From an uncultured Acidobacteriota bacterium (GTDB taxonomy: Bacteria; Acidobacteriota; Terriglobia; Acidiferrales; UBA7541): a DNA stretch of 64,000 nt. A program made the translations under genes and the position numbers. Below the pieces are notes generated by a model. That model saw only the letters and a list, made by a program, of their open reading frames with translations. It was not told the origin of the DNA and searched no databases. Positions 38,813 to 47,559 of this stretch are shown here, piece by piece. Location of the stretch: assembly GCA_963810565.1 (NCBI GenBank), contig CAWENN010000001.1, forward strand, positions 64,666 to 128,665, in the 5' to 3' direction. How positions within the stretch are numbered: the first letter of the stretch is position 1; the number at the start of each line of letters is the position of its first letter.

Positions 38813-39835
38813 GTGATGACGCACGTCGCTTTGCTGCATAATCAAAGATTGATGCTCTCGTTTCTCCAGCGTTACTCCCACAAAAATCGGTGCGGTCCCC
38901 GTCTAATGCGCGCGCTTCTACTGCGCCTTTCGGAGAGCAAGCGGCTCGCGCCGCTGATGATGCACAATGGCGCCAGCCGGCGCGTTGCCCGGCGCTTTGT
39001 CGCCGGTGAAACCCTCGATGACGCGGTGGTAGCGGCGCGCGAAGTGAATCGCCGCCTGCAACTGGCCAGCCTGGATCTACTCGGCGAAAATGTGTCGGAC
39101 GAAGAGGGAGCACGCCGCGCCGCGGAAGGCTACCTGGCAATTTTTGATCGCATCGCCACTGAACACCTCGACGCGAACGTCTCGCTGAAGCTCACGCAGT
39201 TGGGATTGGACTTGAGCGAGGAGCTTTGCCTGGAGCTGCTCGAAAAAATCGTGGCGCACGCCACCAGCCAGGGAAATTTCGTGCGTATTGATATGGAGGG
39301 CTCGGCCTACACACAACGCACCGTGGATATCGCTAAGCGAGTGCGCGCCAAATATGCGGGCGTCGGGACAGTGATGCAAGCATATCTCTACCGCACGGAA
39401 CAGGACGTGCAGGATCTACTCGCAGCGGGATGCCGGTTGCGTCTTTGCAAGGGTGCTTACAAGGAACCGCCGGAAGTGGCGTTCCCAAAGAAATCCGACG
39501 TGGACGCGAATTACGTGAAGCTGATGAAAATGATGCTGCCCAGTGGAATTTATCATGGCATCGCGACGCACGATCCCGCGATGATCGAAGCGACCAAGAA
39601 TTTTGTGCGCGAACAAAATATCAAGCGCGACCAATTCGAATTTCAGATGCTCTACGGGATACGCACCGATTTGCAAGAAAAGCTGGTGCGCGAAGGATTT
39701 CGTGTGCGCGTTTACATTCCCTACGGCGTAGATTGGTTTCCCTATTTTATGCGCCGCCTGGCCGAGCGGCCTGCGAACGTCGCGTTTTTCTTGCGCAATC
39801 TGCTTCCTCGATCGCCCGGCAACTCCCCGTCTTAG
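38813..39835 (+). CDS. proline dehydrogenase
   Basis: RFVAGETLDDAV, LDLLGENV, VSLKLTQLG, VRIDMEGS, RLCKGAYKEP, GIATHD, FQMLYGIR. The start is ambiguous (38813, 38852 or 38906). Confidence 0.85.
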   Translation: MMTHVALLHNQRLMLSFLQRYSHKNRCGPRLMRALLLRLSESKRLAPLMMHNGASRRVARRFVAGETLDDAVVAAREVNRRLQLASLDLLGENVSDEEGARRAAEGYLAIFDRIATEHLDANVSLKLTQLGLDLSEELCLELLEKIVAHATSQGNFVRIDMEGSAYTQRTVDIAKRVRAKYAGVGTVMQAYLYRTEQDVQDLLAAGCRLRLCKGAYKEPPEVAFPKKSDVDANYVKLMKMMLPSGIYHGIATHDPAMIEATKNFVREQNIKRDQFEFQMLYGIRTDLQEKLVREGFRVRVYIPYGVDWFPYFMRRLAERPANVAFFLRNLLPRSPGNSPS

Positions 39836-39906
39836 CCTGCGCGACTACATTTGCGAGAAGTTCTCAGCGAACTGGCGCCTCGTGTGTGTGCCGAATTTCC
39901 AAAAGA

Positions 39907-39935
39907 TTGAGAATACGCCTCGCCCGAATTAGAAT
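39907..39935 (+). promoter_or_regulatory. candidate promoter (TTGAGA-N17-TAGAAT)
   Basis: -35 at 39907-39912 and -10 at 39930-39935, about 60 nt upstream of the lipoprotein ATG at 39997. Confidence 0.4.
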
Positions 39936-39996
39936 ACGGCCGCGTCGCAGTCCAGCCCTGTCACGCAACTCTAATTCGATCTTACAGGAGCAGAAT

Positions 39997-40698
39997 ATGC
40001 GCAGCTCTTTCGCCGCTCGATGCCTCATAGCGCTCGTCCTATTGGCCGTTGCCGGCTGCGGCACCAAATCCACCACTCCCGAAACAAGCAACTCATCTCC
40101 GAATCAGCCCAGTGGCGCGGGCAACACTGCTCAGACTCCCGCTGCGTCGGCGCCAGCTCCTACGCCGCCACCTCCTCCGCCTCCGGTCGTCATCCCGGCC
40201 GGAAAGGTGCTTACGGTGACGCTCGATCAGACGGTGAACTCCAAGGTCGCCAACAATGGGGACGCTTTCGCGGCCTCGTTGGCCGAGCCCGTCACGGTTG
40301 ACGCCAACGTCGTACTTCCCGCTGGCACCAAGGTTTCGGGAACGATCGTGCAAGCGCAATCAGCAGGCAAGTTCAACGGCCACGCGCTCCTGCAATTGAC
40401 GCTCGATTCGATTCGGCTCAACGGAACACGCTATTCGATTCAAACTTCCGAGTTCGAAGATGTGGGCAAGGGCCGCGGCAAACGCACCGCAGTCGGCGCG
40501 GGCGGCGGTGCGGCGTTCGGATTAATCGTCGGTGCGCTGGCTGGCGGCGGTAAAGGCGCGGCGATCGGAGCGTTGGCTGGTGGCGGCGCTGGCGCGGCAG
40601 GGGCTGGATTCACCGGGAAGAAAGATATCGTGCTGCCGGCGGAAACCCGGCTGCATTTCAAGCTGGCGCAACCCGTATCAATCGCGGTCAGCCAGTAG
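39997..40698 (+). CDS. lipoprotein with Pro-rich linker and glycine-zipper C-terminus
   Basis: In-frame ATG 39997 after CAGGAG. Signal plus lipobox MRSSFAARCLIALVLLAVAGC. Gly-zipper AVGAGGGAAFGLIVGALAGGGKGAAIGALAGGG. The track start at 39430 is a 5' extension. Confidence 0.7.
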   Translation: MRSSFAARCLIALVLLAVAGCGTKSTTPETSNSSPNQPSGAGNTAQTPAASAPAPTPPPPPPPVVIPAGKVLTVTLDQTVNSKVANNGDAFAASLAEPVTVDANVVLPAGTKVSGTIVQAQSAGKFNGHALLQLTLDSIRLNGTRYSIQTSEFEDVGKGRGKRTAVGAGGGAAFGLIVGALAGGGKGAAIGALAGGGAGAAGAGFTGKKDIVLPAETRLHFKLAQPVSIAVSQ

Positions 40699-40716
40699 CG
40701 ACTTAGAAGCAAATCG

Positions 40717-41346
40717 CTATGACTTGCGGCAGATAGCGACTCCATCGCGCAAAGGCACGATCACGGAGAAGAGCTCCGGCGAAGCGTAGACACTCTCGTT
40801 GAATTCCAGAATGCCTCGCGTCTGATCGTCCTTCGCCGGTTGGGTGACGCGGCCGGACCACAACACATTGTCGGTGATCAGCAGTCCGCCACTTTTCAGC
40901 CGCGGCAGGGATTTCTGGAGCGCTGCGGGGTATTGGTGCTTGTAGACATCGATCAAAATAATGTCGAATTTGCCTTCCGTGCGGTCAATCAATTCTACCG
41001 CGTCGCCAGTCATGAATTTAATGCGGTCGGCAACGCCAGCGCGCTCGAAGTTCTTGCGGGCAAGTGCTGCGTTGGCCGGACCGCCGTCAGTGCAGAAAAT
41101 CTCAGCACTTGGTCCCGCCGCACGCGCGAACCAAATCGCGGAATAGCCGATCGCCGAACCCATTTCGAAAATCCGCTTCGCCCCCGAAATCTGCGCCATC
41201 AGCGAAAGCAGCCGCCCGCAATCCGGCCCGATAATCGCGACGTCGTGCTGTTTCGCGTAACTTTCCATGTCAGCCAGTACCGCGTCGCGCGCCGGCAGCA
41301 GGCTCGACATGTATTTCTCGACGGCTGGTTCCAGAATTCCGGGCAT
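40717..41346 (-). CDS. class I SAM-dependent O-methyltransferase (caffeoyl-CoA OMT-like)
   Basis: IFEMGSAIGYSAIWFA (SAM motif I), DIILIDVYK, GGLLITDNVLWSG. ATG 41346 is preceded by GAGGAG. Confidence 0.85.
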   Translation of the reverse strand: MPGILEPAVEKYMSSLLPARDAVLADMESYAKQHDVAIIGPDCGRLLSLMAQISGAKRIFEMGSAIGYSAIWFARAAGPSAEIFCTDGGPANAALARKNFERAGVADRIKFMTGDAVELIDRTEGKFDIILIDVYKHQYPAALQKSLPRLKSGGLLITDNVLWSGRVTQPAKDDQTRGILEFNESVYASPELFSVIVPLRDGVAICRKS

Positions 41347-41360
41347 CCGCGCTCCTCGTT

Positions 41361-42104
41361 TTATCCTTGTGATTTGACGCTCGACCGCATCTCGCCGATT
41401 GATTCGCCGGGCTTCAACGCATGAATTTCCAGCCCGCTGATATCTTGCGTGAGCTGCCGCACTTGTTCCGGCCTGCCGGTCAATGCTGGAAACGTCCCAA
41501 AGTGCATCGGGATTACGTGGCGGACATTCAAGAACCGAATCGCCATCGCTGCTTCGCGAGGACCCATCGTGTAATGGTCTCCGATTGGCAGTAGAGCAAC
41601 GTCCGGCGCGTACAGTTCGCCGATCAGTTTCATGTCGCCAAAAAGCGCGGTGTCGCCCGCGTGATACACCGTGAAGCCTCCCGGCAGCCGGATAATATAT
41701 CCGCACGCCTCGCCGCCATAAACGATCTCGTCACCATCCTTGATCCCACAGGAATGCACGGCGTTCACCATCGTGACTTCGATCTCCCCGACCTTCTGCG
41801 TTCCGCCCTTGTTCATAGCGTTGGTGTTGGGCACGCCCTTGGTTTCCAGCCACGCGCACAGCTCGTAAATTCCCACGATTTGCGGATTGAATTTTTTGCC
41901 CAAATCCACGGCGTCGGCGATGTGGTCGAAATGCCCGTGGGTAATCAACATCGTATCCACGCGATCGAATTTCTTATTCGCCTCGGGGCACATCGGGTTG
42001 GTCTGAATCCAGGGATCCACCAGGATCACTTTGCCACCCGGCGTATCGATCCGAAATGCGGCGTGGCCCAGCCAAGTAAGTTTATTTCCGCGAGTTTGCA
42101 GCAT
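41361..42104 (-). CDS. MBL-fold metal-dependent hydrolase (UPF0173-like)
   Basis: LTWLGHAAFRI, ITHGHFDH, YHAGDTALF. Start at internal ATG 42104. Confidence 0.85.
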   Translation of the reverse strand: MLQTRGNKLTWLGHAAFRIDTPGGKVILVDPWIQTNPMCPEANKKFDRVDTMLITHGHFDHIADAVDLGKKFNPQIVGIYELCAWLETKGVPNTNAMNKGGTQKVGEIEVTMVNAVHSCGIKDGDEIVYGGEACGYIIRLPGGFTVYHAGDTALFGDMKLIGELYAPDVALLPIGDHYTMGPREAAMAIRFLNVRHVIPMHFGTFPALTGRPEQVRQLTQDISGLEIHALKPGESIGEMRSSVKSQG

Positions 42105-42148
42105 GGCGATGCTCCTGTCGAATGAATTGTATAAAACGAAGTTCGCTG

Positions 42149-42742
42149 CTAGTGGCCTGAGCTCCGAACGCCGCCAGTCAGGTTTGCCGTCGCGGCCAGC
42201 GTCGCACGGAACGCCTGCTCGAACCCCGCGCGCGGCCGCGTGCCCAGAAAAAATCCGACGATGTTGCCGTCGCGTCCGTAAAAGATCGTTTGCGGCATGG
42301 TGCCTTTCCACTGCGGATTCACGCCGTCATAGAAAGCGTCCAGGTTAATTCCGGGCTTTTGGCGATAATTCGGAAACGGCGGTTGATTCTTGGCGATGAA
42401 GCGTCGTACGAGGTTCATGTCCGAATCGTCATCCATATCAATGCCCAGCACGGTGACGCCCTGCGACTTGAATTCCTTCGCCAGATCCACAATCATCGGA
42501 TATTCATCGCGGCACGGCTCGCACCAGGTTGCCCAGAAGTTCACGACTAGCGGCTTCCCGCGGTGCTTGGCAAGCAACTGCTGATAACCTGCGAGATCAA
42601 TCAAGGGAGGGTCCGCGGACGCCGCCGCTTTGCCGTTATGCGCCGCCGCCTTGCTCGAGGGGGCTTGTGCGTTTCCGGGGATAGCAAGGATAAGGGCTAG
42701 GGCTATGAAGGATGAGACAAGAAGCAAGCGGTAATGGGCCAT
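42149..42742 (-). CDS. exported TlpA/ResA-like thiol-disulfide oxidoreductase
   Basis: Signal peptide MAHYRLLLVSSFIALALILAIPGNAQA and a thioredoxin fold with VVNFWATWCEPC. Confidence 0.85.
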   Translation of the reverse strand: MAHYRLLLVSSFIALALILAIPGNAQAPSSKAAAHNGKAAASADPPLIDLAGYQQLLAKHRGKPLVVNFWATWCEPCRDEYPMIVDLAKEFKSQGVTVLGIDMDDDSDMNLVRRFIAKNQPPFPNYRQKPGINLDAFYDGVNPQWKGTMPQTIFYGRDGNIVGFFLGTRPRAGFEQAFRATLAATANLTGGVRSSGH

Positions 42743-42838
42743 TCTGAGGCTCCCGAGGCTACCTATCCATTCTATCGGTTTGGCGGGACTCCCAGCAACT
42801 TGACAAACTCTCGCGCGGTCTTTTCGCGGGACCAGCGC

Positions 42839-42867
42839 TTGTACCCACCCTGCTTTGGTGATATAAA
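42839..42867 (+). promoter_or_regulatory. candidate promoter of ferredoxin gene (TTGTAC-N17-TATAAA)
   Basis: -35 at 42839-42844 and -10 at 42862-42867, about 75 nt before ATG 42941. Confidence 0.35.
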
Positions 42868-42940
42868 AATTGCTCCGGGTCTTGATGTGAGTATTCCCGG
42901 CTGATCGGCTGTACAACCTCTTCTTCGAGGAGAACTCGAA

Positions 42941-43210
42941 ATGGCGTACGTGATTGCCGAACCTTGCATCGGCACGAAAGATACGGCTTGTGTGGACGTT
43001 TGTCCGGTGGACTGCATCCACCCGCGCAAGGATGAGGCCGATTTCGAGGCTGAAAAACAGCTGTATATCAGTCCTGATGAGTGCATTGACTGCGGCGCTT
43101 GCGTGCCGGTTTGTCCCGTCACGGCGATTTTCGCTCTGGAAGATTTGCCGGAGAAATGGTCGAGCTTCACGCCGATCAACTCGGACTGGTACAAGAACAA
43201 GAAGGCCTAA
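42941..43210 (+). CDS. 7Fe-type (3Fe-4S/4Fe-4S) ferredoxin
   Basis: 89 aa with the Cys patterns CIGTKDTACVDVCP and CIDCGACVPVCP. GAGGAG SD. Confidence 0.9.
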   Translation: MAYVIAEPCIGTKDTACVDVCPVDCIHPRKDEADFEAEKQLYISPDECIDCGACVPVCPVTAIFALEDLPEKWSSFTPINSDWYKNKKA

Positions 43211-43313
43211 AGGTAAGCCGCCGCGCGCGTTACGCAGCGTGGCCGAAGCTTTGCGGGATTCTCACACGCGGCGGATTGCAGCATCCGCCGCGTTTTTATT
43301 TTCAGGCTGCAAT

Positions 43314-43622
43314 TCACACTTCGAGGCCGAGCACCTGCCGCCCGTTGGGGCTGATCATGCTCGGATTCCACGCCGGCTCCCACACGATATCTACCTTCAC
43401 GTCCCGCACCTCTGCAATCGCCGCTACTCGGGTGCGCACCTGATCGGGAATCGCCAGAGCCGAGGGACAACCTTGCGTGGTCAGCGTCATTTTCACGGTG
43501 ACGTTGCCGGCGTCGTCGTGCTCAACGTCGTAAATCAGGCCCAAGTCCACGATATTGATCGGAATCTCCGGATCGTAGCATTGCCGCAAAGCTTCCAGGA
43601 TTTGTTCGCGGTCGAGCGGCAT
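43314..43622 (-). CDS. DUF59 / SufT-like Fe-S cluster assembly protein
   Basis: 102 aa: YDPEIPINIVDLGLIY and LTTQGCP. Confidence 0.85.
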   Translation of the reverse strand: MPLDREQILEALRQCYDPEIPINIVDLGLIYDVEHDDAGNVTVKMTLTTQGCPSALAIPDQVRTRVAAIAEVRDVKVDIVWEPAWNPSMISPNGRQVLGLEV

Positions 43623-43847
43623 GAATTCTCTCCTTCGCGGCTTGCAGCAAACTGAACGGGACGTCGCGCGCGATTATCCCTTCGACGTCCTTGATGTGCG
43701 TCACAGCCAGCGTTCCACACACGCGCCAGCGTGTCAACAAGTTCGACGTGCTGGCACCACCGCTTCGCTGCTAGAATGACGGCGCGCGACCGCGGCGCGC
43801 CACAAAATACTTCCGCGGTCCGCGATGCGGGTCTCGTTCATTGTTGT

Positions 43848-44327
43848 ATGCTTGTGCCGGAGGCGAAGGCGTTGAAACATACTGTTGGAATTGCGGCTAC
43901 GATCGTGATTGTCCTCGCGCTGTTCGCGACGGCGCGCGGCGACGCTCGCGCGTCCGTCTCGATAAGAGCTCAGGAACCTAATCGGCAACGCGAAAAGCCA
44001 CCCAGAATCGTCAGCGTGAGCGCCAAGAATTTCGAATTCGACCCTGCCATTATCCACATGAAGGTGGACGAGAGAGTGGAGCTGGATGTCACCTCCGAAG
44101 ACCGCACCCACGGAATCCGCATCAGCGCTTTTCCGGACGGCGCCAAGACCAACACTGCACCCGGTCTGTCTTTCCCCAACGGCGAGGACTGCTATAAGTT
44201 GAAGGCGGGCGAGATGGTCGCAATCGGAATTGTGCCGACAGAGCCGGGAACGTATACCTTCACTTGCTGCAAAACGTGCGGCAGCGGCCACAAGAAAATG
44301 AAAGGCCAGATAATTGTGGATCGCTGA
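43848..44327 (+). CDS. membrane-anchored/exported cupredoxin with CuA-type (CoxB-like) ligand set
   Basis: Anchor HTVGIAATIVIVLALFATA. DRTHGIRI plus FTCCKTCGSGHKKMKGQIIV gives the H...Cx3Cx3Hx2M spacing of cytochrome oxidase subunit II CuA sites. The start at 43848 is a best guess. Confidence 0.7.
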   Translation: MLVPEAKALKHTVGIAATIVIVLALFATARGDARASVSIRAQEPNRQREKPPRIVSVSAKNFEFDPAIIHMKVDERVELDVTSEDRTHGIRISAFPDGAKTNTAPGLSFPNGEDCYKLKAGEMVAIGIVPTEPGTYTFTCCKTCGSGHKKMKGQIIVDR

Positions 44328-44571
44328 AAAGACCGGGAACCCCCGGCGCGCGGTCGGTCACCTTCTCCAGTCGCGCTGATTCGCTCAGTTGGTCCGCGAA
44401 TGGCTTTGCCTGCTTAGTCACTTCCTCCCGCAATTGCGTTAATGATTCCTGCCGCTTGGGCGATACTACCCTCAGTGTGGCGCGCAAACGGCGCGCGTTC
44501 CGCTGCTGCTTCAGCAGCATTTCGCCAACATAAAAAACCTTCATGATCGAAATCGTCATGCGTCCGCAGCC

Positions 44572-46281
44572 ATGAAAGACTGGCTCCCACGATCGGTGCA
44601 GTCGCTGCGGAATTACAACGGACGAACATTCGTGTCCGATCTCGTCGCCGGCATCACGGTCGGTCTCGTCGCACTGCCTCTCGCGATGGCTTTCGCGATC
44701 GCCTCAGGTGTGACGCCGCAGGCCGGACTCTACACTGCCATCGTCGCGGGCTTCCTGATTTCGGCTCTTGGCGGGTCGACAACCCAAATCGGCGGACCCA
44801 CCGGCGCTTTTGTCGTAGTGGTCTACGCCATCGTCACAAAGTACGGCTTGGATGGTCTGTACACCTGCACGCTCATGGCGGGAATCATGCTCGTCATTTT
44901 GGGCGTCACCGGCCTGGGCTCAGCCGTGAAGTTCATTCCACGGCCCGTTGTCGTCGGATTTACGAACGGCATCGCCATCATCATCGCCAGCACGCAAATC
45001 AAGGATTTCTTCGGCCTGAAAGTAGACAAAGTTCCCGGAGATTTCACTTCGCGCATCGCGATTCTGGCTCGCAATTTCCGCACGCTTTCGCCCGTGGCCA
45101 CCGGGCTCGCGCTTCTTTCGCTCGTCATCATTATTTTCTTCATGCGCTATGTGAAAAAGATTCCCGGCTACATTGTGGCGTTGGTCGCCGGAACGTCGCT
45201 CGTCGTGGTCTTCAAGCTCCCTGTGGAAACGATCGGTTCGCGCTTCGGTGGCATTCCCTCTGGCCTGCCTCACATGGCCGTGCCGGCTATTCGATTCGAT
45301 TTGCTTCGGCCGCTGATTTCTCCGGCCATCACTGTCGCGATGTTGGGCGCGATCGAGTCCCTCATGTCGGCGGTCGTTTCGGACCGCATGAGCAGCACCA
45401 AGCACAATCCGAATGTCGAGCTGGTGGGCCAGGGCGTCGCCAATATATTTTCGCCGCTCTTTGGCGGTTTGCCCGCCACCGGCGCAATCGCGCGCACCGC
45501 GACGAACATCCGCTCTGGCGCAAAAACGCCGGTGGCCGGCATGATTCACGCCCTGACGCTACTTGCCATCATTCTCTTCGCGGCGCCGTTGGCCCGGTTC
45601 ATTCCTCTGGCGGTGCTCGCCGCGATACTTTTCGTCGTCTCCTACAATATGGGCGAGTGGCGGGAAATTCCGGAACTGCTGAAATTATCGCCCCTGGAAA
45701 TTGGCACCTGGCTGGTCACGTTCCTGCTCACCGTGTTTGCCGATCTTACGGTGGCCGTCGAGGCGGGCATGATTCTCGCCGCCCTCGTTTACATTCACAA
45801 AGTGACCGAAACAACGACGGTTTCGCAAGTAACCGACGAATATCTCAAGGAAGGCCACGCGCACATTCTGCAACACAAGGAAATCCCGCCATACGTGGCG
45901 ATCTTTCGCATTCACGGACCATTCCTCTTCGGCGCCACGGACAAGATCAACGACATCCTCGCGCGAATCCCCGAGCTGCCTCCGATCGTCGTTTTGCGGC
46001 TCCGCAACATGACCGCGCTCGACGCCACCGGCCTACAGGCGCTGGAGAATTTCGCGGACGTAGTTCACCAATCCGGCCGTGCGCTGCTCCTTTGCGGCGC
46101 GCGCCAGCAGCCGGCGGAAATGATGCGCGCTGCCGATTTCGCCGAACACGTGGGTACTGAAAATATTTGTCCCCATGTGCAGGATGCGCTGGAACGCGCC
46201 AAGAAGCTGTGGTCGTTGCGAACCGATCAGGGAGCGGAAACAAGCGCGTGGAAAGACGCGGTGTCGGTCGCAAAGAGCTGA
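44572..46281 (+). CDS. SulP-family anion permease with STAS domain
   Basis: DLVAGITVGLVALPLAMAFAIASGV, multiple TMs and a C-terminal STAS domain (VVLRLRNMTALDATGLQALENF). Confidence 0.9.
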   Translation: MKDWLPRSVQSLRNYNGRTFVSDLVAGITVGLVALPLAMAFAIASGVTPQAGLYTAIVAGFLISALGGSTTQIGGPTGAFVVVVYAIVTKYGLDGLYTCTLMAGIMLVILGVTGLGSAVKFIPRPVVVGFTNGIAIIIASTQIKDFFGLKVDKVPGDFTSRIAILARNFRTLSPVATGLALLSLVIIIFFMRYVKKIPGYIVALVAGTSLVVVFKLPVETIGSRFGGIPSGLPHMAVPAIRFDLLRPLISPAITVAMLGAIESLMSAVVSDRMSSTKHNPNVELVGQGVANIFSPLFGGLPATGAIARTATNIRSGAKTPVAGMIHALTLLAIILFAAPLARFIPLAVLAAILFVVSYNMGEWREIPELLKLSPLEIGTWLVTFLLTVFADLTVAVEAGMILAALVYIHKVTETTTVSQVTDEYLKEGHAHILQHKEIPPYVAIFRIHGPFLFGATDKINDILARIPELPPIVVLRLRNMTALDATGLQALENFADVVHQSGRALLLCGARQQPAEMMRAADFAEHVGTENICPHVQDALERAKKLWSLRTDQGAETSAWKDAVSVAKS

Positions 46282-46288
46282 CCTTCGG

Positions 46289-46693
46289 TTAGCGCTTCTT
46301 CGTTTGCCGTGCTTCAGAAATTACCGCGGATTGGTGCGAGCGCGAGATCACGGGAATCTCGCCGTCGCCTGGATTTTTGCTCTCGCCGAGCTGCCGCGCC
46401 CACCACTTCGCCGCAGCGCGCAAATCCTCTACAGCCAGTCCGTGGTAGTCATGCGGGAAACGCGTAATTTTCACAATTCCCGCAGCCAACAGGTTTTCCG
46501 CGCCCTCTGGATTTCCGCGCCGATAGTGATGAAACGCTGCTGCGATTTGGATTAACCCTTGCAGAAACGTTCTTTCAGGTTCGTCTTCCGTGAGCCAGAT
46601 TTCTTCCCACACTTCGTGCGCCTCGAAGAATTGGCGCGCGTTGAAATGCGCCAGGCCGCGTTCGAATCGCTCTTGATTCTCGTGGGGCTTCAT
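46289..46693 (-). CDS. DUF309 protein
   Basis: FNARQFFEAHEVWEEIW and IQIAAAFHHYRRGN match the DUF309 pattern. Confidence 0.8.
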   Translation of the reverse strand: MKPHENQERFERGLAHFNARQFFEAHEVWEEIWLTEDEPERTFLQGLIQIAAAFHHYRRGNPEGAENLLAAGIVKITRFPHDYHGLAVEDLRAAAKWWARQLGESKNPGDGEIPVISRSHQSAVISEARQTKKR

Positions 46694-46766
46694 GGTTTGC
46701 CGGTCCGATTTCCGCTAGCATTTTGAAGTTGCGTGCCATCATAGCAGCGCGTCGCGAGTGAGCCGC

Positions 46767-47420
46767 ATGGAAATTAAAATCGAATTACCGGGGGTGAAGG
46801 TGGGCATTGTGGAAGCGGCCGAGGTCCGCGCCGTCTCGGCGGATGCGGCCTTGGCAAAACTGATGGACGAAGTATGCGCTCTCAAGCGCCAGGAGTTCAC
46901 CGTGGAAACCCTCGCTGAGTCGGAGCCTGTTCGCGCCGTCCGCGCGATGTTTCGCGAGTGGGGCATGGATCCTTCGAAATACCGGCCATCTTCCGAAGCG
47001 TTGCTGCGCCGAGTGGTGCAAGGCAAAGGTCTTTACCGCGTCTCGAATGTCGTAGACATCGGCAATCTCGGCTCGATCGAGACCGGCTGGCCGTACGGAT
47101 GCTACGACCGTGTCAAAATCAGCGCGCCCGTCGCATTCCGTCATGGGGCGGTGGGTGAAAAATACGAAGGCATTGGCAAACAAATCTGGCATCTCGAAGG
47201 CCGCCCGGTGCTCGCCGATCCGCAAGGCCCGTTTGGCAGCCCTATCAGCGATTCCACCCGCAGCATGATCACTGAATCCGCGACCCAGGTGATGATCGTA
47301 ATCTACGCTCCCGCACGAACGACCGACTCAGCCCTCGGTGCGGCGATGGCAAGGCTGAAGGACCGGCTGACGCAATTCGCATCGGCTTCGGCTACGCGCT
47401 GCGATATTTGTATTCCTTGA
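46767..47420 (+). CDS. B3/B4 tRNA-binding domain protein
   Basis: KYRPSSEALLRRV, SNVVDIGNLGSIE, GSPISDSTRS. GTG 46758 is an alternative start. Confidence 0.75.
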   Translation: MEIKIELPGVKVGIVEAAEVRAVSADAALAKLMDEVCALKRQEFTVETLAESEPVRAVRAMFREWGMDPSKYRPSSEALLRRVVQGKGLYRVSNVVDIGNLGSIETGWPYGCYDRVKISAPVAFRHGAVGEKYEGIGKQIWHLEGRPVLADPQGPFGSPISDSTRSMITESATQVMIVIYAPARTTDSALGAAMARLKDRLTQFASASATRCDICIP

Positions 47421-47559
47421 TTACTCTGCGCTAGGCCAATCCAAAACTTCACGTCCTTCGTACAGGATAATGTGTATTTCGCGCCAATTCCGTTCGCGAC
47501 GTTTGAGAACTTTCCCGAAATCGCGTTATCCTGTTAATGCTTCAGCGAGGTCCTGGGCC

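Noticed and set aside
37890-39140. 416-aa minus-strand ORF antisense to trxB and proline dehydrogenase
   Set aside because: It overlaps two genes with clear family motifs. The translation is Arg-rich with no motif.
44260-44559. 99-aa minus-strand ORF between the cupredoxin gene and SulP
   Set aside because: It overlaps the cupredoxin 3' end by 68 nt. There is no SD before either candidate ATG and no recognisable motif. I keep it only as a remote possibility.
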